DNA of 64,000 bases. It comes from Deltaproteobacteria bacterium. GTDB taxonomy: Bacteria; Myxococcota; Kuafuiibacteriia; Kuafuiibacteriales; Kuafuiibacteriaceae. The position numbers and the translations under genes were made by a program. The notes under the pieces were generated by a model that was not told where the DNA came from, did not search any database, and saw only the letters and a program-made list of their open reading frames with translations. Shown here piece after piece: positions 9,501-18,773 of this stretch. Location: the NCBI GenBank assembly GCA_040218735.1, contig JAVJQW010000006.1:96001-160000 (forward strand), in the 5' to 3' direction. The stretch's first letter is position 1. Every line of letters starts with the position of its first letter.

Positions 9501-12500
9501 ACCACGTCACCAATCCCGTAGTGCGTATTGGCGATATCAGATCTGGAGAAGACTTCGAGGGCCACGCTGACGCGCTCTGCTGAGACTTGGTGGTGCAGCA
9601 GAAACTGCAGGAGCCCCGAAAGCCACGTCGCCAGGTCGGCGCGAATCTCGCTAAACTTCTCGAATATTCGCGCCTCGTCGCCACGGGGTTGCTCCGAAAG
9701 CCGGGCGAGAAGGGCAAGCCCAGAGCGCTCAGGGGTCTCGCAGGGCGCCGGATATCGAGTAGCCAGCAGCATCAGGTCCATGTTCAGTTTGTAATAGAAG
9801 CTCAACCAGCCAGGAGTGAGACTCAGTCGGCTCGCAACAGCCTTGAGTTCGTCACCCCTCTCCAAGTAGACCAGGATCCGAACGTAGTCCCGGAAATGAG
9901 CAAAGGCCTCGCGTGTCATTCCATAGAACACCTGCTCCTCAAGATTCGGGTAGACCAGATTTCCAAGGAGCGTAGCTGCCGCTGCACGCCCAAGGTCGAA
10001 GCGTGCTACAAGCGCGCCCACCATGAGCCGATCACAGGATTCACGCGCTGCTCCGACAGCCTCCCGTACCGCCCAGGTGGCGCCCGGGAGGTTGAGATCC
10101 GCCTGTACAGAGGCCATCTCTAGGGTCCAGTAGGCGCGAATCTCGCCGGCGGGATCCGTTCGCTCAAGCAATCTCCGAAGTACTCGAAGTGACGCCGAAT
10201 GCCCAAATGACGCCCAGCCTCGAATGGCGACTCGCAACAGCTCTCGACCAGGATCTCCGCGAGGCTGCGTGTTTCCGAGGTTCGCGTCAACGATGTTGAG
10301 GACCCAGATTGGGCTAACAACATCGTAGATGCAGCCAATCCGTACACACTCACTTAGATCGTCGCGAGAGGTGGATTGTGAACCACGAATGGCGGCCTGA
10401 ATCGTATTCAAGGCAACGGTACGACAGCTTTCCAGATGGCCAGAACGGGCTAACGTCGCCAACGTGCTCCACGACGCAAGGGGCACCTCACCGCGCGCTA
10501 CGGCAGCGAGCACGCGCTCAGCCTCTGTCTCGCCCTCACCGGCCGCTTCAATACAGGCATCGAGTTCCGCAACATCAATCTCGTATTCGAGTCGAACACT
10601 CGCATCAGTCATACAGCGCGCGCAGTCAGCTGCAAGCACGACGTCATTCACTATGACCGACCGATCAAATGCCAAGAGCAACGAAGCCTGGGTTTCCTCA
10701 AGCGGCCGGCCGGAAGTAATGGCCTGCTCGACATACTGACGCGCGACGTACTCACGAATGAGGTCGTCGCGATGGGCGCTCACCGCATACCCCATTGCAT
10801 GTGCGAACCAGTCCTTCGTCCATCGGTGTTTGTCGAGGTGTTGAAGAATTTGGTCGTCGACGGACCTAATCTGCTCCTCGCTGAGCCGGGCTTCCACAAA
10901 GAGTCGGAAGCTGTTGTGGAATATGCGCATCGCTGCATTACCCCCGGACAGGAGGTGGCGCACGCGTTGCAACACCGCTTCGGACGCGAACGCATCCGCG
11001 TTGAGGAGTGCGCAAAAGTCCGACTCGGGCAACGTAAAGCTCAGCCTCGCCAAGAGAGCGCAAGCTCGTTTGGTGATTTGGTCAGTGGAGCTATGCGACC
11101 ACAGCCATGAGTAGTAGCTGGTGATGTCGCCGCTATATGGCGGAAGCGCGTGCAGGAGCGTACGCAGCTCGCACGGTTCGTGATTTCGCACGTATTCCGC
11201 GGCATAGTGCACGTACAGCGGCAGTCCCTCGGTGATGCGTTGAAGGAGAGCGCGGTTCTCCGGCCCCCCTAACGCAACGCCCGACGCGCGCTCGAAGCAG
11301 CGTGACGATTCTTGCTCGGAGAACGGGGGAATTCGAACAATTCCGTCGCGGAGCTGCTCTTGGAGATATGGCGCGAGAAACGACGTGTCTTGAGTCCCCA
11401 GAACAGACACAGCGGTGAGCGGGAGAACGCGGGAAAGGAACGAGGTGAACTTATCTTGACCAGGAAGTTGCGCCCTCTCGGCGTGATCTAAGCCGTCGAC
11501 AATTATGAGCAGCTTTCTGCCTGCCGCGGTCAACGCATCGGAAAGTTCGCATAGGAGCTGCCCCAGTCGCTCCACAGAATAGTCGTAGCGCCGCCCGGTT
11601 TGAATAAGATCGCCGTACTTCGTCCAGACTTGCTCGCTCAGTCCCCGAACAAATGACTCGACACCTGCTCTTCTTGACTGCTCTGGGTCGAGCATTGACA
11701 CGTAGGCGTAGTACCTCAAGACGGTAAACCGACCATAGCCGTCAAGTTCGTCGCCGAGCCGCGAGAGCAAGGTCGACTTGCCAGAACCTGGAGGCCCGAC
11801 GACTGCCAGAAGACGGGCGCCTTCGGCTTCAATGCGGTCATGAAGGCTCTCTAGCAGCCCTCCTCGATTGATGTGCGTTCTTCGATCAACCGGGAAGACC
11901 TGGGGCAAGGTTGAACGATCCAACTGCAGCGCTCGAAGTAGTTCCTGTCGAGTGATGGGGGTCGACGCCCGCTCATGAAATCGTCGTTCTATGAATTGTA
12001 CGTAGCGGTTTACGACGGACGGATCAGAAATACCCAACTTCGAGTCGAGGTCCGCGACGAGCTGCCCGCGCAGGCCATCTGATGAGGGTCGCCGAAGGTT
12101 GAACCGAAGAGACTCAAGAAAGAGGGCAAACTCAGGATCGTCGGGGCTACCGCAAGCAGCGGCGAGCTTAGCACGACGGCGCTTGTGCCCCTTTTGGCCT
12201 TCGATGACGCCCAGCGCTACTCGGTCATTGTTGAGAATTCGGGCGAGGTCGGTATCCGCAGATCGGTTCGTATACACGTGGACAATGATGTCCGTCCTCC
12301 TCGACCTTAGGCGTCTCCATCCGTCGAACAGGTCCCTAATGGAGACTATGCTCTCTCGGGGCGACGGTGACGTACCGAGAAGCTGCTCGTACGTGTAGAC
12401 CCCATGGGGATCTGCGGAATGTTTGGCTTGGAACGCTTCGAGCAAGCTTCGTCGCTCGACAATAATATCGTCAACCGGGGCGGCTTCCCGATGCTCGTGA

Positions 12501-12619
12501 TAGACAGCGACGACATCTTCGTCGGTCAACAGCCGTAGCGCCTGCAGTTCGAGCAGCCGCTGTTCGTATGCGTCACCCCAGCGCCTTGCGGCGCTGAACT
12601 TCGTTGCTGGACCGAGCAT
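6566..12619 (-). CDS. PD-(D/E)xK-type nuclease + STAND/NACHT ATPase + long helical sensor; AVAST/Avs-like anti-phage protein
   Basis: N-terminal VDDIIV...FQAKHS motif, Walker A GPPGSGKST (~11771-11797), Walker B LIIVDGLDH (~11482-11509), EGLPLY motif, 2017 aa. Confidence 0.8.
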   Translation of the reverse strand: MLGPATKFSAARRWGDAYEQRLLELQALRLLTDEDVVAVYHEHREAAPVDDIIVERRSLLEAFQAKHSADPHGVYTYEQLLGTSPSPRESIVSIRDLFDGWRRLRSRRTDIIVHVYTNRSADTDLARILNNDRVALGVIEGQKGHKRRRAKLAAACGSPDDPEFALFLESLRFNLRRPSSDGLRGQLVADLDSKLGISDPSVVNRYVQFIERRFHERASTPITRQELLRALQLDRSTLPQVFPVDRRTHINRGGLLESLHDRIEAEGARLLAVVGPPGSGKSTLLSRLGDELDGYGRFTVLRYYAYVSMLDPEQSRRAGVESFVRGLSEQVWTKYGDLIQTGRRYDYSVERLGQLLCELSDALTAAGRKLLIIVDGLDHAERAQLPGQDKFTSFLSRVLPLTAVSVLGTQDTSFLAPYLQEQLRDGIVRIPPFSEQESSRCFERASGVALGGPENRALLQRITEGLPLYVHYAAEYVRNHEPCELRTLLHALPPYSGDITSYYSWLWSHSSTDQITKRACALLARLSFTLPESDFCALLNADAFASEAVLQRVRHLLSGGNAAMRIFHNSFRLFVEARLSEEQIRSVDDQILQHLDKHRWTKDWFAHAMGYAVSAHRDDLIREYVARQYVEQAITSGRPLEETQASLLLAFDRSVIVNDVVLAADCARCMTDASVRLEYEIDVAELDACIEAAGEGETEAERVLAAVARGEVPLASWSTLATLARSGHLESCRTVALNTIQAAIRGSQSTSRDDLSECVRIGCIYDVVSPIWVLNIVDANLGNTQPRGDPGRELLRVAIRGWASFGHSASLRVLRRLLERTDPAGEIRAYWTLEMASVQADLNLPGATWAVREAVGAARESCDRLMVGALVARFDLGRAAAATLLGNLVYPNLEEQVFYGMTREAFAHFRDYVRILVYLERGDELKAVASRLSLTPGWLSFYYKLNMDLMLLATRYPAPCETPERSGLALLARLSEQPRGDEARIFEKFSEIRADLATWLSGLLQFLLHHQVSAERVSVALEVFSRSDIANTHYGIGDVVVDYRLELLLLEVMGRFPGLRSAMEPTFDRLRDKIAKETQETATRTSHFLRLGTVAGRCGWKKVARDCLRDAVLSSGGYGHRKDGTLDLLIDASEFAAKHSFFDEKGWAQMASCAAAMEAVTDGKGTQHFAQALFRRVVESRPTRALPFLRLLEGTVGAWKVDDCISIYLHELDAWDPLVAYVLTHLMDDCADIDGFEPKARTLLRVLGSMVQGGSPHSIPLAADVERFLRCEVDPKTTAQFAPDFNDIARRLGVAAIPASVSPVVNPGTADRSVGDDRLLTGSDGKPIRPEDVERLIGDSVDAFGAFVARARRTGVDFAYQESIGAAARHLLSMATVRADVDRIVDVEFIGVAREAESYAAIASAYQSVGEAELCLNYFERAFETAYGWGIWDKNIQYLDASHRSDRSRPLLVALASVRRHLTQYGRAHGADLLLMRCLDRFEADRHSVLQRIYDGLRTHVLARFSHLELDLPSYESAFRDHFEESFWSVGLDMIRTRWTEIRELRRRRSLLRRMIVVGGIDPATWVPFVVSVACGDSPQWVKTEALYVLTAWRTCGVFDASSAPCLRALMDRWTHFEGRELIDELLPERAIPRNDRISGRVSLPPGIRPSREFMRDIRDQSLVRVTDIVPHLAACLSIGGDELLWRVERYLEIQGISVGTLREEDEALRRSSIHPQGMNYAWIPFEPASSAAFREGLNAVAEELCPNNRRQEVMRLLRSRDWWTSWCPATRPPGDLRALDLSGPESRASEAAWCELRAVPDALIVRRKPEWTPVFDRCFISSTKGAGYDVGRFAALAASDRVENASQDDLARIVHRNLLRIGTLEEGSYSAEEVRVIAEAIPPAVELKGAAEVPLLALHRGSLALLDENAIAVVPGFWMRQLGLEWRSDGSFTMVRNGTPLTRTRYWEGGRAVGLYEEQSLGSGVRTSIHRTLADELRVRYGLNIIVYTWVRRALRRQETSDRTTKGELVFRVDVL

Positions 12620-12742
12620 CGTCGTCGCGACGCCGGATTCGGGTGGCCGAACGAGAGTCTGGACCTCGGTCGACTTGTTCCAACGAGCCCGAGAAGCAAC
12701 GTCGAGAATAACGCCCGACGAGGAGGGGCCGCAACCTCAGGC

Positions 12743-13601
12743 TTGGTAGAATTTGTGCGCTCGCGCTCCTTCGTGGCCCTCGGCGGACGCTTGGCCGCGG
12801 GCCGCTTTGCTCGGTCCCACAAAGCCTCGAAGCTCCGCAGTCCGCGCAACCCGGACGGCCTGTCGCAGAAGACCGTGAACAATCGCCTGACCGTGCTCCG
12901 AAAGGCGCCCGATCTGGCGTGCGACTACGGGCTCATCGACCACGTGCCACGCCTCAAGTGGCTGCGCGTTCCGAAGCAGAAGTTCGACTTCCTCGACTTC
13001 GATGAAGCCGAACGTCTCCTCAAGGCAGCCGAGGAGGTCGAGCCGTTCTGGTTCGCGATGATCTTCACCGCGATTCGGACGGGGATGCGTCAGGGCGAAT
13101 TGCTGGCCTTGGAGTGGGATGACGTGGACTTGGTGGCCGGGCGGATCATGGTGCGGCAGTCGCATTGGCGGGGGCACACGGACACGCCGAAGAGTGGACG
13201 TGAACGTGAGATCCCGCTGGGCGACGATCTGCGCCAGGTGCTGCGCGACCATCGACACCTACGCCGCCGGCTGGTGTTCTGCGGCGAAGGTGGCGAGCAG
13301 CAGAACGAGAACCACTGTCGGCGACCGCTGTATCGGTCGGCGGCGAAAGCAGGCTTGCGCCGGATCGGCTGGCACGTTCTTCGGCACACCTTCGCCTCGC
13401 ACTTGGTGATGCGCGGCGTCGCGTTGAAGGCCGTGCAGGAACTCCTGGGACACAGCACGGATCGAGATGACGATGCGCTATGCGCATCTGTCGCCCGACG
13501 TGCGGCTCGATGCAGTCCGACGATTGGGCAAAGCGACCAAGCAGCCAGAGGGCAGAATTTGGGCACCAGGAAGTCCCACCGGTTCTAACCGGCCGAAATA
13601 G
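12743..13601 (+). pseudogene. Tyrosine recombinase/phage integrase, 5'-truncated and frameshifted
   Basis: Motifs RTGMRQGELLAL, PKSGRER, HVLRHTFAS, LLGHST; an extra G at 13459-13460 puts IEMTMRYAHL (catalytic Tyr codon 13479-13481) out of frame; restored stop TAG 13599-13601. Confidence 0.85.
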
Positions 13602-13613
13602 TTAGAAAAAGTA

Positions 13614-13637
13614 AATGGAGCCGGCGGGAATCGAACC
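13614..13637 (-). repeat. att site overlapping the intact tmRNA 3' end
   Basis: Identical to 3608-3631. Confidence 0.92.
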
Positions 13638-13991
13638 CGCGTCCGAGAGTGCTCCCCCATGGAGCCCTACGTGCGTAGCCTCGTGATTCTTTCTCGCAGC
13701 GTCGTAGGATCACGGACAGCCCTCGACGTCGCCAGCCTCGGTTTGTTTCGCCCCCTCGGCGCCGAGGCGCCACCGGGGAGCTAGCTCACTTTGTTTTCGC
13801 CACGATGGGAGCCATGAGCGGGGCTACCCACCGTAACGGCTTAGTCAGACCCTATCGGGTAGATTAAGCAACAGCAGCGGCGACGAAGTCGTCGTTGGCA
13901 GTTAAAGGTTCCGTACCGTTTTTACCGGCGAGCACGGTTGCCGGACACGCGTTCCATGGATCGACACCCCCGTCGAAACCAGGTCGGCCCC
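13616..13991 (-). ncRNA. ssrA: tmRNA, one-piece, tag (A)ANDDFVAAAVA
   Basis: 5' GGGGCCGACCTGGTTTCGAC; 3' GGTTCGATTCCCGCCGGCTCCA with a G3:U acceptor pair; tag reading frame 13899-13864 ending in TAA. Confidence 0.96.
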
Positions 13992-14051
13992 GATTGTCAC
14001 AGCGGCCGGCGCACCGAAGCACACCGCCGTCGAAACGAACGGTGGACTGTG

Positions 14052-14570
14052 TCACTTCCGACGGAACTGGTCCAGGCTCACGACGTCCGCCGTGGACGAT
14101 TCTTCCTCGGCGGCCTCCGGGGCCTCCTCGGGTCCCTCGGGCTCCTCGCTCACCTCCGGCTCGACCGCCTCGACCGGCGCGATCACGCGGATCGCCTCCG
14201 TCGTCTCCGCCGTCGGCGTCAGGCGCAGCTCGAAGTCCGCGTGCGGGTCGTGAAAGCGCGTGATGGCACCCAGCGGGATCCGCAGCGTCGCCGGCACCCC
14301 GCCGAACGACAGGCCGACCGAGAAGTAGTCGTCGCCCACCACCAGATCCCAGAACCGGTTGCGCAACACGATCGTCATCTCGTCCGGGTACTGCTCGCGC
14401 AGCGACTCCGGCATGTCGACGCCGAGCGCCTTCGTCTTGAACCCGATGTAGAAGTGGTTCTTCCCCGCGGCGAGGCCCGGGGCGCCGCCCGCGATGCGCA
14501 ACGCCTCGCGGATCACGACCTCGCGCAGCGCACGCTCGACCAAGCTCCCGTAAGGAATCTCGTCCGACAT
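14052..14570 (-). CDS. sspB: ClpXP adaptor SspB, alphaproteobacterial type
   Basis: HFYIGFKT..GV..P..LREQYPDEMTIVL..RFWDL..FSVGLSFGG motif, acidic linker, C-terminal VVSLDQFRRK ClpX-binding tail; start ATG 14570. Confidence 0.88.
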   Translation of the reverse strand: MSDEIPYGSLVERALREVVIREALRIAGGAPGLAAGKNHFYIGFKTKALGVDMPESLREQYPDEMTIVLRNRFWDLVVGDDYFSVGLSFGGVPATLRIPLGAITRFHDPHADFELRLTPTAETTEAIRVIAPVEAVEPEVSEEPEGPEEAPEAAEEESSTADVVSLDQFRRK

Positions 14571-14655
14571 CGGTCCTGAATTGCTCGCACTGTTCTGCAC
14601 GACCCCGCAACCGAAATCAGGCCAGGGACCCGCGAACCGCCCCCTTCGGAGCCTT

Positions 14656-15291
14656 TCAGCCGCCTCCGCGCGCCATCAGCACCGGCGCCACCTGCAGCGC
14701 GATCCCCCCGAGGACGTACCCCGCCGTCACCCCCATCGCGCGGATCGGCGTGAGGTCGAACAGCCCCATCGTCGCCCCGTACAGTACGTACGCGCCCCAC
14801 GGCAGCCCGACCACCGCCCCCATCAACGGGAAGACACCGAGCACGAACACCACCGCCGCGTGATACGACGCCGCGCGAACACACCGATTGAACGCCGGCT
14901 TCTCGACCCCCGCCAACGACAACAAGAAGTTCAGCAGCACCGCGAACATCAACAGCCCGAGCGGCACCGCCAACACCGACACCCCGAACGTCCGCGCCGC
15001 CGCCGACAGCAACCCGTACTTCTCGACGAGGTTCACCGTCGGCGCCTCCTGCCCCGCCAACATCGCAAACGAAAAGCGCCCGAAGACGTCCGGGAACAAC
15101 GACGTCGGCAACGCCGCGAGCGAAGTGATCATCACGAACACGAGCGACCGCGCCATGCCCACGTCCCGGTTCGCCGCCCCGAACGTCTGCACCGGATACA
15201 GCGCCACGTTGTAGAGCGTGCGCGCGAACGTCGCCGGCCCGACCCGCGACTCCCACGGGAGCCACCGATCCTCCGCCTGCTCCTCTGCCAT
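14656..15291 (-). CDS. YIP1-family membrane protein
   Basis: LPWE..FARTL..P..F start and about five hydrophobic segments. Confidence 0.6.
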   Translation of the reverse strand: MAEEQAEDRWLPWESRVGPATFARTLYNVALYPVQTFGAANRDVGMARSLVFVMITSLAALPTSLFPDVFGRFSFAMLAGQEAPTVNLVEKYGLLSAAARTFGVSVLAVPLGLLMFAVLLNFLLSLAGVEKPAFNRCVRAASYHAAVVFVLGVFPLMGAVVGLPWGAYVLYGATMGLFDLTPIRAMGVTAGYVLGGIALQVAPVLMARGGG

Positions 15292-15406
15292 CCGGCGAGT
15301 CTACGCCAAGTCGACCGGCCTGACCGCTGGTCCAGAGGACGAGCCACGGGACTACGCGGTCGACGGAGCGCGCCCCACGATACGCGCGTGCCAGCGTGGT
15401 CGGGCC

Positions 15407-16564
15407 ATGCCCACCGCCGCCGCCCGCGTTCGCCCCCGAGTCGTCGAGGCTACGCGCGCGCTCGCCGCGCAGGTCTGGCGCGGGGGCCGATCCCCCGTGC
15501 CGTACGGCGTCGCCGGCCTCAACTCCGAAGCCAACGTGCGCGCCCGTCTCGCCCGCATCTGCCGCGAGCTCCTCGCGCTGCCCAACCTCCCGATCGCCGT
15601 GGCCGAGGTCGTTCGCCTCCTCGAGGTCGAGCAGCGCCCGCCGCTCCACGTGCTCGAACGCACCGAAGACCTCCTCGAACACGTCGCCGGCCACATCGAC
15701 TCCGTCGACGCGCTCGTCGCCGAACCCGACCCCGTCGTCCGGCAGCTCGTCCGCCTCGCCGTCGTGCAGTCCGTCGGCGGTCGCCTCGGGTGGTGGGCGG
15801 TCCGCGGCGACGAGATCCCCGACGCACGCATCGCGCGCGCGCTCTACCGCGACGGCCCCGCCGTCGACTGGTCGCAGTACTCCGAGCTGGTCGATCGCGG
15901 CGCGGCGTGCTTCGCGGCGCGCGACTTCGCGCGAGCCGTGCAGATCCACGTCGAGCTCGATCGCCTCGTGCGCACGCCGACCGGGAAGATCCACATCGCC
16001 GTGAGCCTGTGCCACCTCGGCGACTTCATCGGCGCGCTGTGGGCGATCCGTTCGTGCCTCCTCGAACCGGACACGACCTTCGAGAGCGCGCGCTCCGCCG
16101 AACGCGCGCGCACGCTCCGCGATCGCCTCGCGGCGCTCGTCGCCGAACGTCAGCTCGAGCCCCTCGAAGCCGAAGAGGTCGAGCTCCTCGGCGGCGACAC
16201 GCACGAAGAGCTCCAGGTCGAGGACCTCCATCGCGCGCGCATGCAGCAGCGCAGGATCGTGCGGCGGGTGTACGTGCAGGATCGTTGGCGCCCCGCCGCG
16301 CGCGGTGCGCGTGAACGCCCCGCGCCGCGTGTCGTGATGGAGACGCGACCGCTCCCGATCGAAGTTCCGATCGTGCACCCCGCGACGGAGGTCGAGGCGC
16401 CCCGGCCGATCGACTTCTTCGCACCCGAGGATCGCGCGACGGAGGAGCTCGCCTTCGCGACCCTGGATGGCCCGCGTGGCGCGGTGCTGATCGCGGACAC
16501 CGCGGAGATCGTCGCGGAGCGCCGCGAGCGCTACGTCGCGACGGAGCGCATCCGCGTTCGTTGA
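15407..16564 (+). CDS. Hypothetical protein with a TPR-like helical hairpin
   Basis: ATG 15407 in the frame of ORF 15218-16564; GAACFAARDFARAV..HIAVSLCHLGDFIGAL is TPR-like; host codon usage. Confidence 0.55.
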   Translation: MPTAAARVRPRVVEATRALAAQVWRGGRSPVPYGVAGLNSEANVRARLARICRELLALPNLPIAVAEVVRLLEVEQRPPLHVLERTEDLLEHVAGHIDSVDALVAEPDPVVRQLVRLAVVQSVGGRLGWWAVRGDEIPDARIARALYRDGPAVDWSQYSELVDRGAACFAARDFARAVQIHVELDRLVRTPTGKIHIAVSLCHLGDFIGALWAIRSCLLEPDTTFESARSAERARTLRDRLAALVAERQLEPLEAEEVELLGGDTHEELQVEDLHRARMQQRRIVRRVYVQDRWRPAARGARERPAPRVVMETRPLPIEVPIVHPATEVEAPRPIDFFAPEDRATEELAFATLDGPRGAVLIADTAEIVAERRERYVATERIRVR

Positions 16565-16740
16565 GCGCAGCCGCGTCCGCCGAGCCCATCGGCGTTCGTG
16601 GAGCGGCTCCCGTTCGAAGAACCCATAGGCGTTCCCTGAGCGCGTCCGTGTTCGCAGAACCCGTCGTCAAGCGGCTCCCCGTTCGTCGAGCGCCTCCGTC
16701 CGCGACCTTCAGACGCGCGCAGCGCGACGCGCGCCGACGC

Positions 16741-18678
16741 CTAACGTCGCGCCTTCCGGACCTCGCCGATCCTCGCCGTCACGCCGCGTTTGTCGAGCGA
16801 CTCCAGGAACGGGATCAGATACTTCCGCGAGATCCCCAGCAGCGCCTTCGCCTGCGCCGTCGTGATCCCGTCCTCCGCCGCGATGTGCGCGAGCACCTTC
16901 TGCGTCGCGTCTTCGTAGACCGACGCCGCGAAGTACAACCCACCGCCCGCGTGCACGATCTTCTTCGTGCGGGTGAGCGCCGCGAGCAGCTCCTTGGTCT
17001 GTGCCGCGTCCAGCGACGCCGCCGCGCCGAGCGCGGAGGGCGCGGGCGGCTCGAGGCCCGCGGCCGCGAGGGTGTCGAGGACCTTCTCCTGCGCGGCGCC
17101 GCCGAGGTCCACCGCCGCGCGGTGCGACGGTAGCCGCACGCCCTCGCGATCCTCCGCGAGGCGCTTCGACTTCATCATCTGGCGCACCGTGTGGTCGACG
17201 ATGCTCGTGGGGATCGTGCGACCGAGCCGCGTCGACAGCTCCGCGACCGACACGCCGGAGCGAAACGGGAACTCCTTGTGGTACGCCGCGCAGACCGCTT
17301 CGATGCGCGTCGCCAGCTCGTCGACGGCCTCCCCGGAGACCAGACGATCCTGCACGCGCGCGATCGTCCCCTTCGCCGCCTTCTCACAGACCTTCGTGGA
17401 GTGTCCGAGGCGCCGCGACAGATCCGACAGCTCCGCGCCCGCCGGGCCGCGCTCCTTCACGAGGCCGTCGAGCGCATTCACGAGGCGCTCGTCCTTCGGC
17501 CCCTTCTCGACCAGCGCGTTCAACGCCTGCACCAGCGCGATCGACTCCGGCGCCTTGCGCCGACGACGCGCCGGGTTCGGATCGAGCACCACGCCGCCCG
17601 CGATCGTGCGGCCCGCGGAGCGCACCGCCTCGAACCCACGCGCGATGAACCGCATGCCCGGGAGCGTCGCGATCGGCTCGGCGAGGCGCAGCGTCGCGTA
17701 CCCCGTCGAGCCCGGCTCCAGTGCGTCCTGCGCGAACAGCGTGATGCCCGCTTCGACGAGCGACGTGCCCGTGTGCAGGAGGATCTTCGCGCCCGTCTTC
17801 AGCTTCTTCTTGCGGCTCCTCAGGTACGTGAGCCGCACCGTGAGTTTCTTGGTCGGCACCGCCGCGCCGCGCGACACGAGGTTCTGCCCGATGCGGAGCT
17901 GCTCGAGGTCGACGCCCTGCAGGTTAACCGCCGTGCGCTGCCCGCCGAACGCGCGCTCCTCCGCCGCGCCGAACACCTGGATGCCTCGCACGCGTGCGCC
18001 CTTGTCGATCGTGTGGCCGGGGATGGGCGGGAGCACGTCGACGGTGTCGCCGACCGCGAGCGCGCCGCGCAGCAGCGTCCCGGTGATCACACTCCCGAAC
18101 CCCTTCATCGAGAAGACACGATCCACCGGCAGCAACATCGGGCCCGAACGATCCGTGTCGACGACGCTCGACACCGCCTCGGTCAACGCCGCCTTCACCG
18201 CGTCGATGCCTTCGCCGGTCGTCGCGGAGCAGGGCACGATCGGCGCGTCCTCCAGGAACGTGCCCTCGACCTCGGTCTTCACGTCATCGATCGCCAGCTC
18301 GTACAGCTCGCCGGCGCGATCGATCTTCGTCAGCGCGACGACCCCGCGCTTCACGCCGAGGAGCTGACAGATCTCCAGGTGCTCGCGCGTCTGCGGCATC
18401 ACACCTTCGTCGGCGGCGACGACCAGGAGCACCACGTCGATGCCGCCGGCGCCCGCGACCATGTTCTTCACGAAGCGCTCGTGACCGGGCACGTCGATCA
18501 CTCCGACCCGACGACCGTCCGCGAGGGTGAGCGGCGCGAAGCCCAGCACGATCGTGATGCCGCGCTTCTTCTCTTCGGGGAGCCGGTCGGTGTCGACGCC
18601 GGTGAGCGCTTGGATCAGCGTGGTCTTGCCGTGGTCGATGTGCCCCGCGGTCCCGACGATCACGTGCGGATCACTCAC
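16741..18678 (-). CDS. selB: Selenocysteine-specific elongation factor
   Basis: [36 protein letters not shown]; C-terminal winged helix [15 protein letters not shown]. Confidence 0.95.
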   Translation of the reverse strand: MSDPHVIVGTAGHIDHGKTTLIQALTGVDTDRLPEEKKRGITIVLGFAPLTLADGRRVGVIDVPGHERFVKNMVAGAGGIDVVLLVVAADEGVMPQTREHLEICQLLGVKRGVVALTKIDRAGELYELAIDDVKTEVEGTFLEDAPIVPCSATTGEGIDAVKAALTEAVSSVVDTDRSGPMLLPVDRVFSMKGFGSVITGTLLRGALAVGDTVDVLPPIPGHTIDKGARVRGIQVFGAAEERAFGGQRTAVNLQGVDLEQLRIGQNLVSRGAAVPTKKLTVRLTYLRSRKKKLKTGAKILLHTGTSLVEAGITLFAQDALEPGSTGYATLRLAEPIATLPGMRFIARGFEAVRSAGRTIAGGVVLDPNPARRRRKAPESIALVQALNALVEKGPKDERLVNALDGLVKERGPAGAELSDLSRRLGHSTKVCEKAAKGTIARVQDRLVSGEAVDELATRIEAVCAAYHKEFPFRSGVSVAELSTRLGRTIPTSIVDHTVRQMMKSKRLAEDREGVRLPSHRAAVDLGGAAQEKVLDTLAAAGLEPPAPSALGAAASLDAAQTKELLAALTRTKKIVHAGGGLYFAASVYEDATQKVLAHIAAEDGITTAQAKALLGISRKYLIPFLESLDKRGVTARIGEVRKARR

Positions 18679-18773
18679 GCGGGCGACGTATCACCGAACG
18701 TATACGAACCGAAAGCCGAGGTGAGGCCTCGCACGCCCTTGCGGCGCCCGTCGAGCGGACGGATCCTGCGTTC

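Larger units (their letters stand above)
3608..13637. mobile_element. ~10 kb genomic island integrated at ssrA
   Basis: 24-bp direct repeats, tyrosine integrase next to ssrA, visibly lower GC and different codon usage than the flanks, tandem TGGGCAC motifs near both ends. Confidence 0.9.

Noticed and set aside
13864-14610. 248-aa ORF ending in ANDDFVAAAVA
   Set aside because: An alternative frame of sspB running into the tmRNA tag frame; not a protein gene.
16563-16705. Possible CRISPR array or tRNA-Sec next to selB
   Set aside because: Repeats are degenerate with no unique spacers, no cas genes are present, and there is no cloverleaf or TCA anticodon arm.
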